From: an uncultured Myxococcales bacterium
GTDB lineage: Bacteria > Myxococcota > UBA4151
Direction: 5' to 3'
DNA length: 10,937 nt
NCBI GenBank assembly: GCA_964013405.1
Contig: CAXGWI010000119.1
Location: 1-10,937, forward strand
Under the pieces are notes generated by a model, which was given only the letters and a program-made list of their open reading frames with translations, was not told where the DNA came from and made no database searches. Each line of letters starts with the position of its first letter. Position 1 is the stretch's first letter. This document shows, one piece after another, positions 1-7,340 of the stretch. A program made the translations under genes and the position numbers.

Positions 1-240
1 CGCTGAAGCGCTGCCCGCTGAAGCGCTGCCCGCTGAAGCGCTGCCCGCTGAAGCGCTGCCCGCTGAAGCGTTGCGTGTTGAAGCGCTGCCCGCTGAAGCG
101 CTGCCCGTTGAAGCGCTGCCTGCTGAAGCGTTGCCTGCTGAAGCGTTGCCCGCTGAAGCGTTGCCCGCTGAAGCGTTGCCCGCTGAAGCGTTGCCCGCTG
201 AAGCGTTGCCTGCTGAAGCGTTGCCTGCTGAAGCGTTGCC
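1..240 (+). repeat. 15-bp coding tandem repeat, 16 copies, consensus (c/t)gctgaagcg(c/t)tgcc, encoding AEALP
   Basis: Counted directly: 16 consecutive 15-nt units at 1-240 with no spacers. Variants are ctg/ttg (Leu), ccc/cct (Pro), two gct>gtt (A>V) and one P>R. The array runs off the left edge. Confidence 0.97.
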
Positions 241-589
241 TGCGGCTCCCGTGCAGGAGGCGGTTCCAGCGACCATCGAGGCCGTTCGTCCGGGAGTCCC
301 GGAGCCATCTCAGGAGATGGTCCCGATCGCCGAGGCAGAGGCTGTAATCGCCGCAGAACCGGTCGCACCGCCCCATGGGGAACGCGATCCTGATGGCGAA
401 TCGGTGGTGAGCCCCGCTGTCGATGATGCAGTTTACGCGCCAGAGATGACTGCAGTTGACCCTGAGATGATCAGGCAGGAGGTGAAGGAGGCGGTGGAGC
501 GCCTGGTTTGGGAAATGGTCCCAGATTTGGCGGAGAAGATCGTTCGTGAAGAAATTCGCCGCCTGACGGACCTTCCGGAGGAGCGATGA
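2..589 (+). CDS. romR: 5'-truncated RomR-like polarity protein (Pro/Ala/Glu-rich disordered linker plus conserved C-terminal helical motif)
   Basis: Frame 2 is open from the window edge (gct gaa gcg ctg ccc = AEALP) to TGA at 587-589, so the TTG start at 71 in the ORF track is probably not the real start. The C-terminus VKEAVERLVWEMVPDLAEKIVREEIRRL resembles the RomR C-terminal WEVVPxLAExIIREEL-type motif as I recall it. The gene sits directly upstream of valS with an ATGA overlap. No receiver domain is visible in the window, so the name is an inference. Confidence 0.65.
   Translation, partial: AEALPAEALPAEALPAEALPAEALRVEALPAEALPVEALPAEALPAEALPAEALPAEALPAEALPAEALPAEALPAEALPAAPVQEAVPATIEAVRPGVPEPSQEMVPIAEAEAVIAAEPVAPPHGERDPDGESVVSPAVDDAVYAPEMTAVDPEMIRQEVKEAVERLVWEMVPDLAEKIVREEIRRLTDLPEER
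577..583 (+). promoter_or_regulatory. Shine-Dalgarno-like site for valS
   Basis: GGAGGAG lies just upstream of ATG 586, inside the end of the upstream CDS; the spacing is short. Confidence 0.5.
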
Positions 590-3225
590 GTCTACCGACT
601 CGTTACGACCCCAGTGAGATTGAGCCACGGCGATACGCGTGGTGGGAGTCTTCAGGGTTCTTTCACGGTGACGAACACCGGGAGGGACCCACCTACGCGA
701 TCAGTCTGCCTCCGCCTAATGTGACGGGCAGTCTCCATATGGGACATGCGCTGACCGTTGCGATCGAGGACGTGCTCATCCGTTGGAAGCGGATGAGCGG
801 TTACAATGCCTTGTGGATGCCAGGCACCGACCACGCCGGTATCGCCACGCAGATGGTGGTGGAGCGCGAGTTGGACCGGCTTGGCGAGCCCAGTCGCCGG
901 GACTTGGGCCGGGCGGCCTTTCTCGACAAGGTTTGGGCTTGGAAAGAACGCAATGGCTCTCGGATCGTCGAGCAAGCCAGGATCATGGGTTGTAGCCTGG
1001 ATTGGGAGCGGGAACGCTTCACGATGGATGAAGGCTTTTCGAAAGCCGTCATTCACGCCTTCATTCAACTCTACGAAGAAGGGCTGATCTACCGGGCCGA
1101 ACGGCTCATCAACTGGAGCCCAGGGCTGCAGACCAGCTTGAGCGATCTCGAGGTCGATCATGTGGAGACTGAGGGCAAGCTATGGCATCTCGCCTATCCG
1201 GTCGCGGGCTCGGACGAACGTTTGGTCGTGGCGACCACCCGGCCGGAGACCATGCTTGGGGATACGGCTGTTGCGGTCCACCCGGAAGATCCCCGCTATG
1301 CCCACCTGATTGGTCAGTTCGTGGAACTGCCGCTGACCGATCGGCGCATTCCGATCGTTGCCGACCCGATTCTGGTGGATCTCGAGTTTGGGACCGGCGC
1401 GGTCAAGGTAACACCTGCCCACGACTTTAACGATTTCGCCACCGGGCAACGGCACGGCTTAGAGATGATCAACATCCTCGATGCCACTGCCCACATTGAA
1501 CTGGAGGGCCCCTATAATGGCCTGCATGTCTCCCAGGCCCGGGAGGCGGTGGTCCGGGATTTAGAGGCGCAAGGACTCTTGGTTCAAGTTGAGGACCATC
1601 CCCATAGTGTCGGGCACTGCCAGCGCTCCGGTTGTGTCGTGGAACCCCGCTTAAGCATGCAGTGGTTCGTTCGAACGGAGCCCTTGGCCGCTGCAGCGAC
1701 CGAGGCGACTCGCAGCGGTCAGACCCAAATCGTACCGGCCCGTTTCGAAGCCACTTGGTATCACTGGATGGACAACATTCAAGACTGGTGCATCTCTCGG
1801 CAACTTTGGTGGGGGCACCGTATTCCCGCTTGGTATGGCCCCGGCGGAACGTTCTTTGTCGCTGCCACCGAAGCCGAGGCGAGGCGGCAGGCGCTAGCCG
1901 CTGGGCTCGCCGACGATGTTGAACTGCAGCAGGATGAGGATGTCCTTGATACGTGGTTTAGCTCGGGGCTCTGGCCCTTTGGCACCCTGGGTTGGCCTGA
2001 GAAGACCAAGAGTCTGGAGCGCTTTTACCCAAACGACGTCCTTGAGACCGGCCACGATATTCTGTTCTTTTGGGTGGCCCGGATGATGATGATGGGCATC
2101 CACTTCATGGGGCGCCCCCCCTTCCATACGATCTTTCTCCACGGCATGGTTCGTGATGAGCACGGCCAAAAGATGTCGAAGACAAAAGAAAACGTCATCG
2201 ACCCAGTGGAGTTAACCGAGCGCTACGGAGCCGACGCCTTGCGCTTAGGGCTTCTGTTGATGGCTGGCCCGGGGCGGGATGTGAAGCTCTCCGAGCAACG
2301 GGTGGAGGGCTATCGGAACTTTCTCACGAAAGTGTGGAACGCCTCCCGCTTTACCTTGCCCTATCTCGCCGACATGGAGCCCGAGCACCGGGACCTGCCC
2401 AAGGGGCCCGCCGAGCGATGGATTTTGTCTCGTCTTGCGAAGACCCAAGAAGAGGTGAGCCATGCTTTGGAGGAGTATCGCCTCGATGAGGCTGGTAATG
2501 CGGTTTATGCCTTCATCTGGCACGAGTTCTGCGATTGGTACATCGAACTTGCGAAGGGGCGATTGCGTGACGGTAGTGATCGGGAAAAGTCCGCCATCGC
2601 TGGGACCTTAGCGACCGTGCTGGATGGGGCTCTGCGCCTCCTTCACCCCTTCTGCCCCTTCCTCACCGAGGAATTGTGGCAGCAACTCCCCCCCTCTTGT
2701 CGCCAGCATGAAAGTCTTTCCCTCGCCGAGTTCATTGTGGAGGCGACTCGAGATGAACAGGCTGAAGTCCAGTTGGCCTGGGCGCAGCAACTCATCGGAG
2801 GGATCCGAAATCTCCGGAGCCAAATGGGCATCAAGCCCCGTCAGCCCTTAGCAGTCCAGATCGAGAGCGATGCGACGGGCATGGATGATGTCCTTTCCCT
2901 GATCAGTGAACTGGCAGTGCTTGAGTCCGTCGCCTTGGTACCCGCTGGGAGCCCAAGGCCGGCCGGATGGATCCTGCTCGCCGGTGAGGCGGCTAATGTG
3001 CTCGTCAACCCCGAGGGCGCCATCGATCTTGATGCGGAGCGTAAACGCCTAAGTAGCGAACTCCAGAAGATGGAAGCTGAAGCAGAGAGGTGTCGTAAAA
3101 AGCTGAGCAATGAGCAGTTCGTACAACGGGCTCCCCAAGCGGTCGTGGATCAAGAGCGTCAGCGACTTGAAGGCTTTCTGGGGCGCCAAGAGGAACTGAG
3201 TTCAGCCCTGGCTCGTCTGAGTTAA
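586..3225 (+). CDS. valS: Valine--tRNA ligase
   Basis: 879 aa with PPPNVTGSLHMGH (HIGH motif), PGTDHAGIATQ, editing-domain TTRPET and GTGAVKVTPAHDFND, DWCISRQLWWGH, DVLDTWFSS, DILFFWVARM, KMSKT (KMSKS motif), FCDWYIE, and a C-terminal coiled coil (DLDAERKRL...PQAVVDQE). Confidence 0.99.
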   Translation: MSLPTRYDPSEIEPRRYAWWESSGFFHGDEHREGPTYAISLPPPNVTGSLHMGHALTVAIEDVLIRWKRMSGYNALWMPGTDHAGIATQMVVERELDRLGEPSRRDLGRAAFLDKVWAWKERNGSRIVEQARIMGCSLDWERERFTMDEGFSKAVIHAFIQLYEEGLIYRAERLINWSPGLQTSLSDLEVDHVETEGKLWHLAYPVAGSDERLVVATTRPETMLGDTAVAVHPEDPRYAHLIGQFVELPLTDRRIPIVADPILVDLEFGTGAVKVTPAHDFNDFATGQRHGLEMINILDATAHIELEGPYNGLHVSQAREAVVRDLEAQGLLVQVEDHPHSVGHCQRSGCVVEPRLSMQWFVRTEPLAAAATEATRSGQTQIVPARFEATWYHWMDNIQDWCISRQLWWGHRIPAWYGPGGTFFVAATEAEARRQALAAGLADDVELQQDEDVLDTWFSSGLWPFGTLGWPEKTKSLERFYPNDVLETGHDILFFWVARMMMMGIHFMGRPPFHTIFLHGMVRDEHGQKMSKTKENVIDPVELTERYGADALRLGLLLMAGPGRDVKLSEQRVEGYRNFLTKVWNASRFTLPYLADMEPEHRDLPKGPAERWILSRLAKTQEEVSHALEEYRLDEAGNAVYAFIWHEFCDWYIELAKGRLRDGSDREKSAIAGTLATVLDGALRLLHPFCPFLTEELWQQLPPSCRQHESLSLAEFIVEATRDEQAEVQLAWAQQLIGGIRNLRSQMGIKPRQPLAVQIESDATGMDDVLSLISELAVLESVALVPAGSPRPAGWILLAGEAANVLVNPEGAIDLDAERKRLSSELQKMEAEAERCRKKLSNEQFVQRAPQAVVDQERQRLEGFLGRQEELSSALARLS

Positions 3226-3229
3226 ATCG

Positions 3230-4078
3230 ATGATGTCCTTTTCCCCTGAGTCGTCGGCGCTCATTCGCTTGGCCCTCGAGGAGGACCTCGCCCACGGGGA
3301 TCCGACTTCGGAAGCGATCTTCACGCCGGAGCTTACAGCAAGCGCTGTTTTCTGTGCCCGAGAACCGCTGACGGTCAGTGGGCTTGAGGTGGTTCGCCAG
3401 GTCTTTCACCAGGTGGATGATCAGGTCACCTTTGCCGTTCATTGCGCCGAGGGGGACCGGGTGGAAGCGGGACAGACGCTGGCCGAGATCTCGGGCGCGA
3501 CCCGCTCACTCCTCGCGGGCGAGCGGACAGCCCTCAACTTTCTCAGCCGCTTGTCCGGAGTTGCCTCGTTCACGTGGCGCTGTGCCCAGGCCTTGGGCCC
3601 AGGGCGAGCCAAGTTGGTGGATACCCGTAAGACCACGCCGGGTTGGCGAGGGTTGGAGAAGGCCGCCGTCCGTCACGGCGGGGGGACGAACCACCGCCGC
3701 CATCTCGCCGATGGCTGCATGATCAAAGACAATCACATCGCAGCAGCCGGGGGCATCACGGAGGCCATCCAAAGGGTCAAGAGTCGAGCCCATCACCTGA
3801 TCCGTGTCGAAGTTGAAGTCGACTCGTTTGAGCAATTGCCAGAGGTTTTGGCGGCGGGGGCCGATGTGGTCATGCTCGACAATTTCACCAATGAAGAAGT
3901 GATGGAAGCGGCTCGCTACATTCGGGCTAAACGCCCGGATGTGCTCATCGAGTTGAGCGGTGGAATGACGCTAGAGCGGCTACCATCCTTGCAATCCCTC
4001 GATATCGACTTGGTCAGTATGGGGGCATTGACCCATGGGGCTCGCAGCGTCGACATCGGCTTGGACTTTCGGACTTGA
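3230..4078 (+). CDS. nadC: Nicotinate-nucleotide diphosphorylase (quinolinate phosphoribosyltransferase)
   Basis: ALEED..GD.TS, ERTALNFL, DTRKTTPG, GGGTNHR, IKDNHI, EVEV, MLDNF, SGG and SMGALTH motifs. The start is at 3230 or 3233 (tandem ATG). Confidence 0.97.
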   Translation: MMSFSPESSALIRLALEEDLAHGDPTSEAIFTPELTASAVFCAREPLTVSGLEVVRQVFHQVDDQVTFAVHCAEGDRVEAGQTLAEISGATRSLLAGERTALNFLSRLSGVASFTWRCAQALGPGRAKLVDTRKTTPGWRGLEKAAVRHGGGTNHRRHLADGCMIKDNHIAAAGGITEAIQRVKSRAHHLIRVEVEVDSFEQLPEVLAAGADVVMLDNFTNEEVMEAARYIRAKRPDVLIELSGGMTLERLPSLQSLDIDLVSMGALTHGARSVDIGLDFRT

Positions 4079-4779
4079 TGGCCTCGCCGACGGTCCTTCG
4101 GTTTCCTCGTCTGGACAGTACCAATGCGGAGGCGCGGAGGCGGCTTGGCGAAGGTCGAGCTCCGGGCTTTGCCGTGATGGCCAAGGAACAGACGGCGGGT
4201 CGGGGCCGCCAAGGCCGAACCTGGGTGAGCCCGGCTGGCACAGGCGTGTACCTCACCCTCACCCAGGCGGTCAGTCACGACGTTGCGGATCAGGGGTTTG
4301 TGTCGATCGTCGCTGGGGTTGCCGCAGCCGAATGGCTCGAGGGCTACGGGCTATTGGTCGGGCTGAAATGGCCCAACGATCTCCGGGTCAATGGACGGAA
4401 GGTCGGAGGCATCCTGTGCGAGCGACAGAATCAGGATCTTATCATCGGTGTGGGGATCAATTGGTCGGCTTCACCCCAGGGGCTCGATCAGGAGACGACG
4501 AGCGTGTCGGCTGAGGTGGGCGAACCGTGTTCCCGGGAGCAAGCCGAGGCCGAGTTGCTTGCCTCATTGCACGCGGCTGTTGCCCTTTGGGATGCCGAAG
4601 GAACGGGAGATTTCCCTCAGCGGTGGTGGCGATTGGCTGAAAAGCAGCGTAGCTACGTCTACGAGGGGACTCAGGTCCAGCCCCAAGGCCTGAGCGAACG
4701 GGGAGAACTCCTGGTCTGTGGTAGCGATGGTCTACCGCTGTCGATATCTTGCGGGGAGTTGGAGGATGCAGCGGGATGA
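4078..4779 (+). CDS. birA: Biotin--[acetyl-CoA-carboxylase] ligase, monofunctional (no N-terminal HTH)
   Basis: DSTN, EQTAGRGRQGRTW, KWPND, RKVGGIL and IIGVGIN motifs. ATG 4078 overlaps the nadC stop (TGATG). STN lies about 14 residues from the start, leaving no room for a DNA-binding domain. Confidence 0.95.
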   Translation: MASPTVLRFPRLDSTNAEARRRLGEGRAPGFAVMAKEQTAGRGRQGRTWVSPAGTGVYLTLTQAVSHDVADQGFVSIVAGVAAAEWLEGYGLLVGLKWPNDLRVNGRKVGGILCERQNQDLIIGVGINWSASPQGLDQETTSVSAEVGEPCSREQAEAELLASLHAAVALWDAEGTGDFPQRWWRLAEKQRSYVYEGTQVQPQGLSERGELLVCGSDGLPLSISCGELEDAAG

Positions 4780-5309
4780 TCTCCATGGCCTTGATGCTGG
4801 GGCTGCAACTCGGCGGCGAGCCAAGCATCGTCCCGGAGTTGATTATGCCCCGGGCTAAGAACCGTCGCTTACTGCCGGGCCGGGGCTGGGATGTGAAGCT
4901 ACCTCGCGACTTCCAAGTCGTCGGTGAGGACCCGGCGACGCTGACGCTGAACTTGCGGGTTGTGATCAATCAGACCAACGCCTGCCAACTCCAGTTGATC
5001 AGTCGACAACTCCCCTTGGGCAACGCAGGAAGTCTCGCTTTGTCCGCCACACCCCGACTCAGAAAGCTTCCTGGTGTGCGACTCCAAAATACTCGCAAGC
5101 TCGGGCAAGGTTTGTTGCGGCAGGGAGCGATCTATCAACCGCTGAACAATCCCGCACTCAGCCGCTTCGTGGTGGAATGGTATCGGGTCGAAAGGGGAGC
5201 GGCGGTGATCGCTGCCCTCGAGGGACCGGCCGGTTTGAGCCAGGCCTGTGAAGCCAAGACGATGGCTCTGATCGTCGACCTGAAGCGTATGCAGGTGGCC
5301 GATCCATGA
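4776..5309 (+). CDS. Hypothetical protein, about 177 aa, possibly exported (short hydrophobic N-terminus, two Cys)
   Basis: It exactly fills the birA-coaX gap with ATGA overlaps at both ends (4776-4779 and 5306-5309). GGAGG at 4761-4765 precedes ATG 4776, which I prefer over the TTG at 4749. The N-terminus is MISMALMLGLQLGG. I recognise no family. Confidence 0.8.
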   Translation: MISMALMLGLQLGGEPSIVPELIMPRAKNRRLLPGRGWDVKLPRDFQVVGEDPATLTLNLRVVINQTNACQLQLISRQLPLGNAGSLALSATPRLRKLPGVRLQNTRKLGQGLLRQGAIYQPLNNPALSRFVVEWYRVERGAAVIAALEGPAGLSQACEAKTMALIVDLKRMQVADP

Positions 5310-6085
5310 TTCTTTTAGTGGACATTGGTAACACGCAAACCGTGTACGGCGTTCACGATGGAGCGCGGCTGCAGCAGTCTTGGCGCCAATCAACCGAATC
5401 GCGTCGAACCGCCGACGAGCATCGGGCCTTTCTCCAGCCCGTGTTTTCTGAAGCTGAGTTGGAACCATCAACGATTCAGGGCGTCTGTATGGCGAGCGTT
5501 GTCCCAGAAGCTCTCCCGGCAGCACAGCAGGCGATCGAAACGCTGACCGGCTGCACGGCTTTGGTGGTCGGACCTGGCCTGAAGACTGGAGTGCCCATTC
5601 GGGTCGAAAATCCCCGGGAGGTCGGCGCGGACCGCATCGTCAACGTGGCCGGCGCTTGGGACCTCCACCAAACAGCGCTTCTCGTGGTCGACTTCGGAAC
5701 GGCCACGACCTTCGATGTGGTGGACCGTGACGGTGCCTACCGCGGGGGGGCAATCGCACCGGGTCTGCAGACCAGTCTCGATGCTTTGGTTCGGCGCACC
5801 GCGAAACTCCGTCAGGTAGACATCTGTGCGCCGCCGCAGGTCACGGGCCGGACCACAGAGCAGGCGATGCAATCGGGACTTTTCTACGGTTATGCGGGTC
5901 TGGTTCAGGGGCTGGTCGGTCAACTAAGGAGCGACAACCCTGAGGTTGAAAGGGTCTTGGCCACCGGTGGTCTCGCTCGCGTCCTTCATCCTGTTGTGCC
6001 AGCGATCCATGAGGTGGTTGACGACCTGACCCTCCACGGTCTCTGGTGCATCTACAAGAGAAACGAGAACGAAGTTCATGGCTGA
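5306..6085 (+). CDS. coaX: Type III pantothenate kinase
   Basis: LVDIGNT, EVGADR, VVDFGTATTFD, GGAIAPG, T..AMQSG, ATGG and LTLHGL motifs; the gene follows birA, as is common. Confidence 0.97.
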   Translation: MILLVDIGNTQTVYGVHDGARLQQSWRQSTESRRTADEHRAFLQPVFSEAELEPSTIQGVCMASVVPEALPAAQQAIETLTGCTALVVGPGLKTGVPIRVENPREVGADRIVNVAGAWDLHQTALLVVDFGTATTFDVVDRDGAYRGGAIAPGLQTSLDALVRRTAKLRQVDICAPPQVTGRTTEQAMQSGLFYGYAGLVQGLVGQLRSDNPEVERVLATGGLARVLHPVVPAIHEVVDDLTLHGLWCIYKRNENEVHG

Positions 6086-7340
6086 AGATCGAAGACCTCG
6101 CCGTCGTCGTGGCGGTCATCGCAATCGCTATCGGGGCCGGGCCGGCAAAGAAGCCGTTCCCGTCGACCCAGAAGCCCTCGCTTTGGAGGCGGAACACCGC
6201 TCGGACCTAGAGATCCCTCAGGCCCTGATCAGCCAGGATGCCCTCCGGGTGGTTGAGAGCTTAGAGCACGCTGGGCACCTCGCCTATGTGGTGGGCGGCT
6301 GTGTTCGTGACTTAGCCCTTGGGCGGTCGCCAAAGGATTTCGACGTGGCCACCTCCGCGCGACCGGAGCAGGTTCGACGTCTCTTTCGCAACGCTCGGAT
6401 CATCGGCCGGCGTTTCCGCCTTGTTCACGTGCGTTTCGGGCAGGACCGGCTTATCGAAGTCGCGACCTTTCGCAGGAGCCCTGATCAGGAAGCGGATGGG
6501 GATCTCCTGGTAGAAGCTGACAACGTCTTCGGTGATCCGAGGGAAGACGCGCTTCGCCGAGACTTCACAGTCAATGGACTCTTTTACACCCCCCGCGATG
6601 GGGGGCGTGTGATCGACTACGTCGGCGGCTGCAAGGACCTTGAAGCGAGGCTGTTGCGAAGTATCGGTGATGCGGATGTGCGCTGCCAGGAGGACCCGGT
6701 GCGCATGATCCGGGCGATTCGCTTCGCCGCAAAACATGGCCTGAAGCTAACACCGGCGCTCCGAAAGGCGATTAACAAAAACAGCGCGGCGATTCATCGA
6801 TGTGCGGGGGCCCGCTTGTGGGAAGAACTGCTCAAGGTGATGCGCTCCGGGGCTGCAAAGCCAGCCCTGGCCTTGGCCGACCGGACGGGCTTCCTCGCCG
6901 CATTCTTGCCGGATTACGCGGCCGTCTACTCGGAGCGTCAGGCTGACTGTGAGGTCGCCTTAGGGGGCCTGGATAACCTGGTGCGGGAGCGCGGGACTCC
7001 GCCCTCGGACCATGTTCTTGTCGCCGCCCTCCTGGTCCCCATGTTGGATGCCCATCGTCCCCGCCGACAGGCCGAAGAGATCCTCAGCCAGTGGAATGAG
7101 ATCTTTCGAATCCCAAACCGGCTTCGTGAACGGGTCGTCTTTAGCCTGCTTGCGGTTCGGGGCATGGTGCCGGACGGCCCTTGGGTCGAGGCCGATGATT
7201 TGTCTCGACGCTCCCTCTTCGCCCCGGCGATGGACTTGCTGGAACTCTTGGTTGCGGGCCAGGGGCGTGGTGCTCGCCTCTTGAAATATTGGGAGCATCG
7301 ACGGCAACCTCCTATCGATGAGGAGAATGGGTCTCAATGA
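6078..7340 (+). CDS. pcnB: Poly(A) polymerase I (polynucleotide adenylyltransferase)
   Basis: Class II nucleotidyltransferase motifs VGGCVRD...DFD, EVATFR, RRDFTVNGL and EDPVRMIRAIRF, plus IIGRRFRLVHVRF, the signature separating PAP I from CCA-adding enzymes. It overlaps coaX by 8 bp. Confidence 0.92.
   Translation: MAEDRRPRRRRGGHRNRYRGRAGKEAVPVDPEALALEAEHRSDLEIPQALISQDALRVVESLEHAGHLAYVVGGCVRDLALGRSPKDFDVATSARPEQVRRLFRNARIIGRRFRLVHVRFGQDRLIEVATFRRSPDQEADGDLLVEADNVFGDPREDALRRDFTVNGLFYTPRDGGRVIDYVGGCKDLEARLLRSIGDADVRCQEDPVRMIRAIRFAAKHGLKLTPALRKAINKNSAAIHRCAGARLWEELLKVMRSGAAKPALALADRTGFLAAFLPDYAAVYSERQADCEVALGGLDNLVRERGTPPSDHVLVAALLVPMLDAHRPRRQAEEILSQWNEIFRIPNRLRERVVFSLLAVRGMVPDGPWVEADDLSRRSLFAPAMDLLELLVAGQGRGARLLKYWEHRRQPPIDEENGSQ

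Noticed and set aside
1..240. CRISPR array interpretation of the repeat
   Set aside because: The units are 15 bp, head-to-tail with no spacers, lie in frame within a CDS, and no cas genes are present.
75..347. Cys/Lys/Arg-rich (LKRCP)n ORF as a metal-binding or antimicrobial peptide
   Set aside because: It is an alternative frame of the same repeat. The AEALP frame continues into a conserved C-terminal motif coupled to valS, whereas this frame ends with nothing recognisable.
652..3110. Multiple antisense and alternative-frame ORFs within valS
   Set aside because: These are shadow ORFs expected in GC-rich coding DNA; they have no motifs and are fully nested in a clear gene.
4078..4130. BirA lacking the HTH domain as a truncation or pseudogene
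   Set aside because: Monofunctional biotin ligases are common, all catalytic motifs are intact, and the start is coupled to the nadC stop.
4899..5525. 208-aa minus-strand ORF as the real gene in the birA-coaX gap
   Set aside because: It overlaps coaX antisense by about 220 bp, while the + strand ORF has an RBS and exact ATGA overlaps at both ends.
5744..5750. G7 run in coaX as a phase-variation site
   Set aside because: It is short and simply encodes the conserved GG of the GGAIAPG motif in a housekeeping enzyme.
6078..7340. CCA-adding enzyme instead of poly(A) polymerase
   Set aside because: The IIGRRFRLVHV signature favours PAP I; only an assay would settle it fully.
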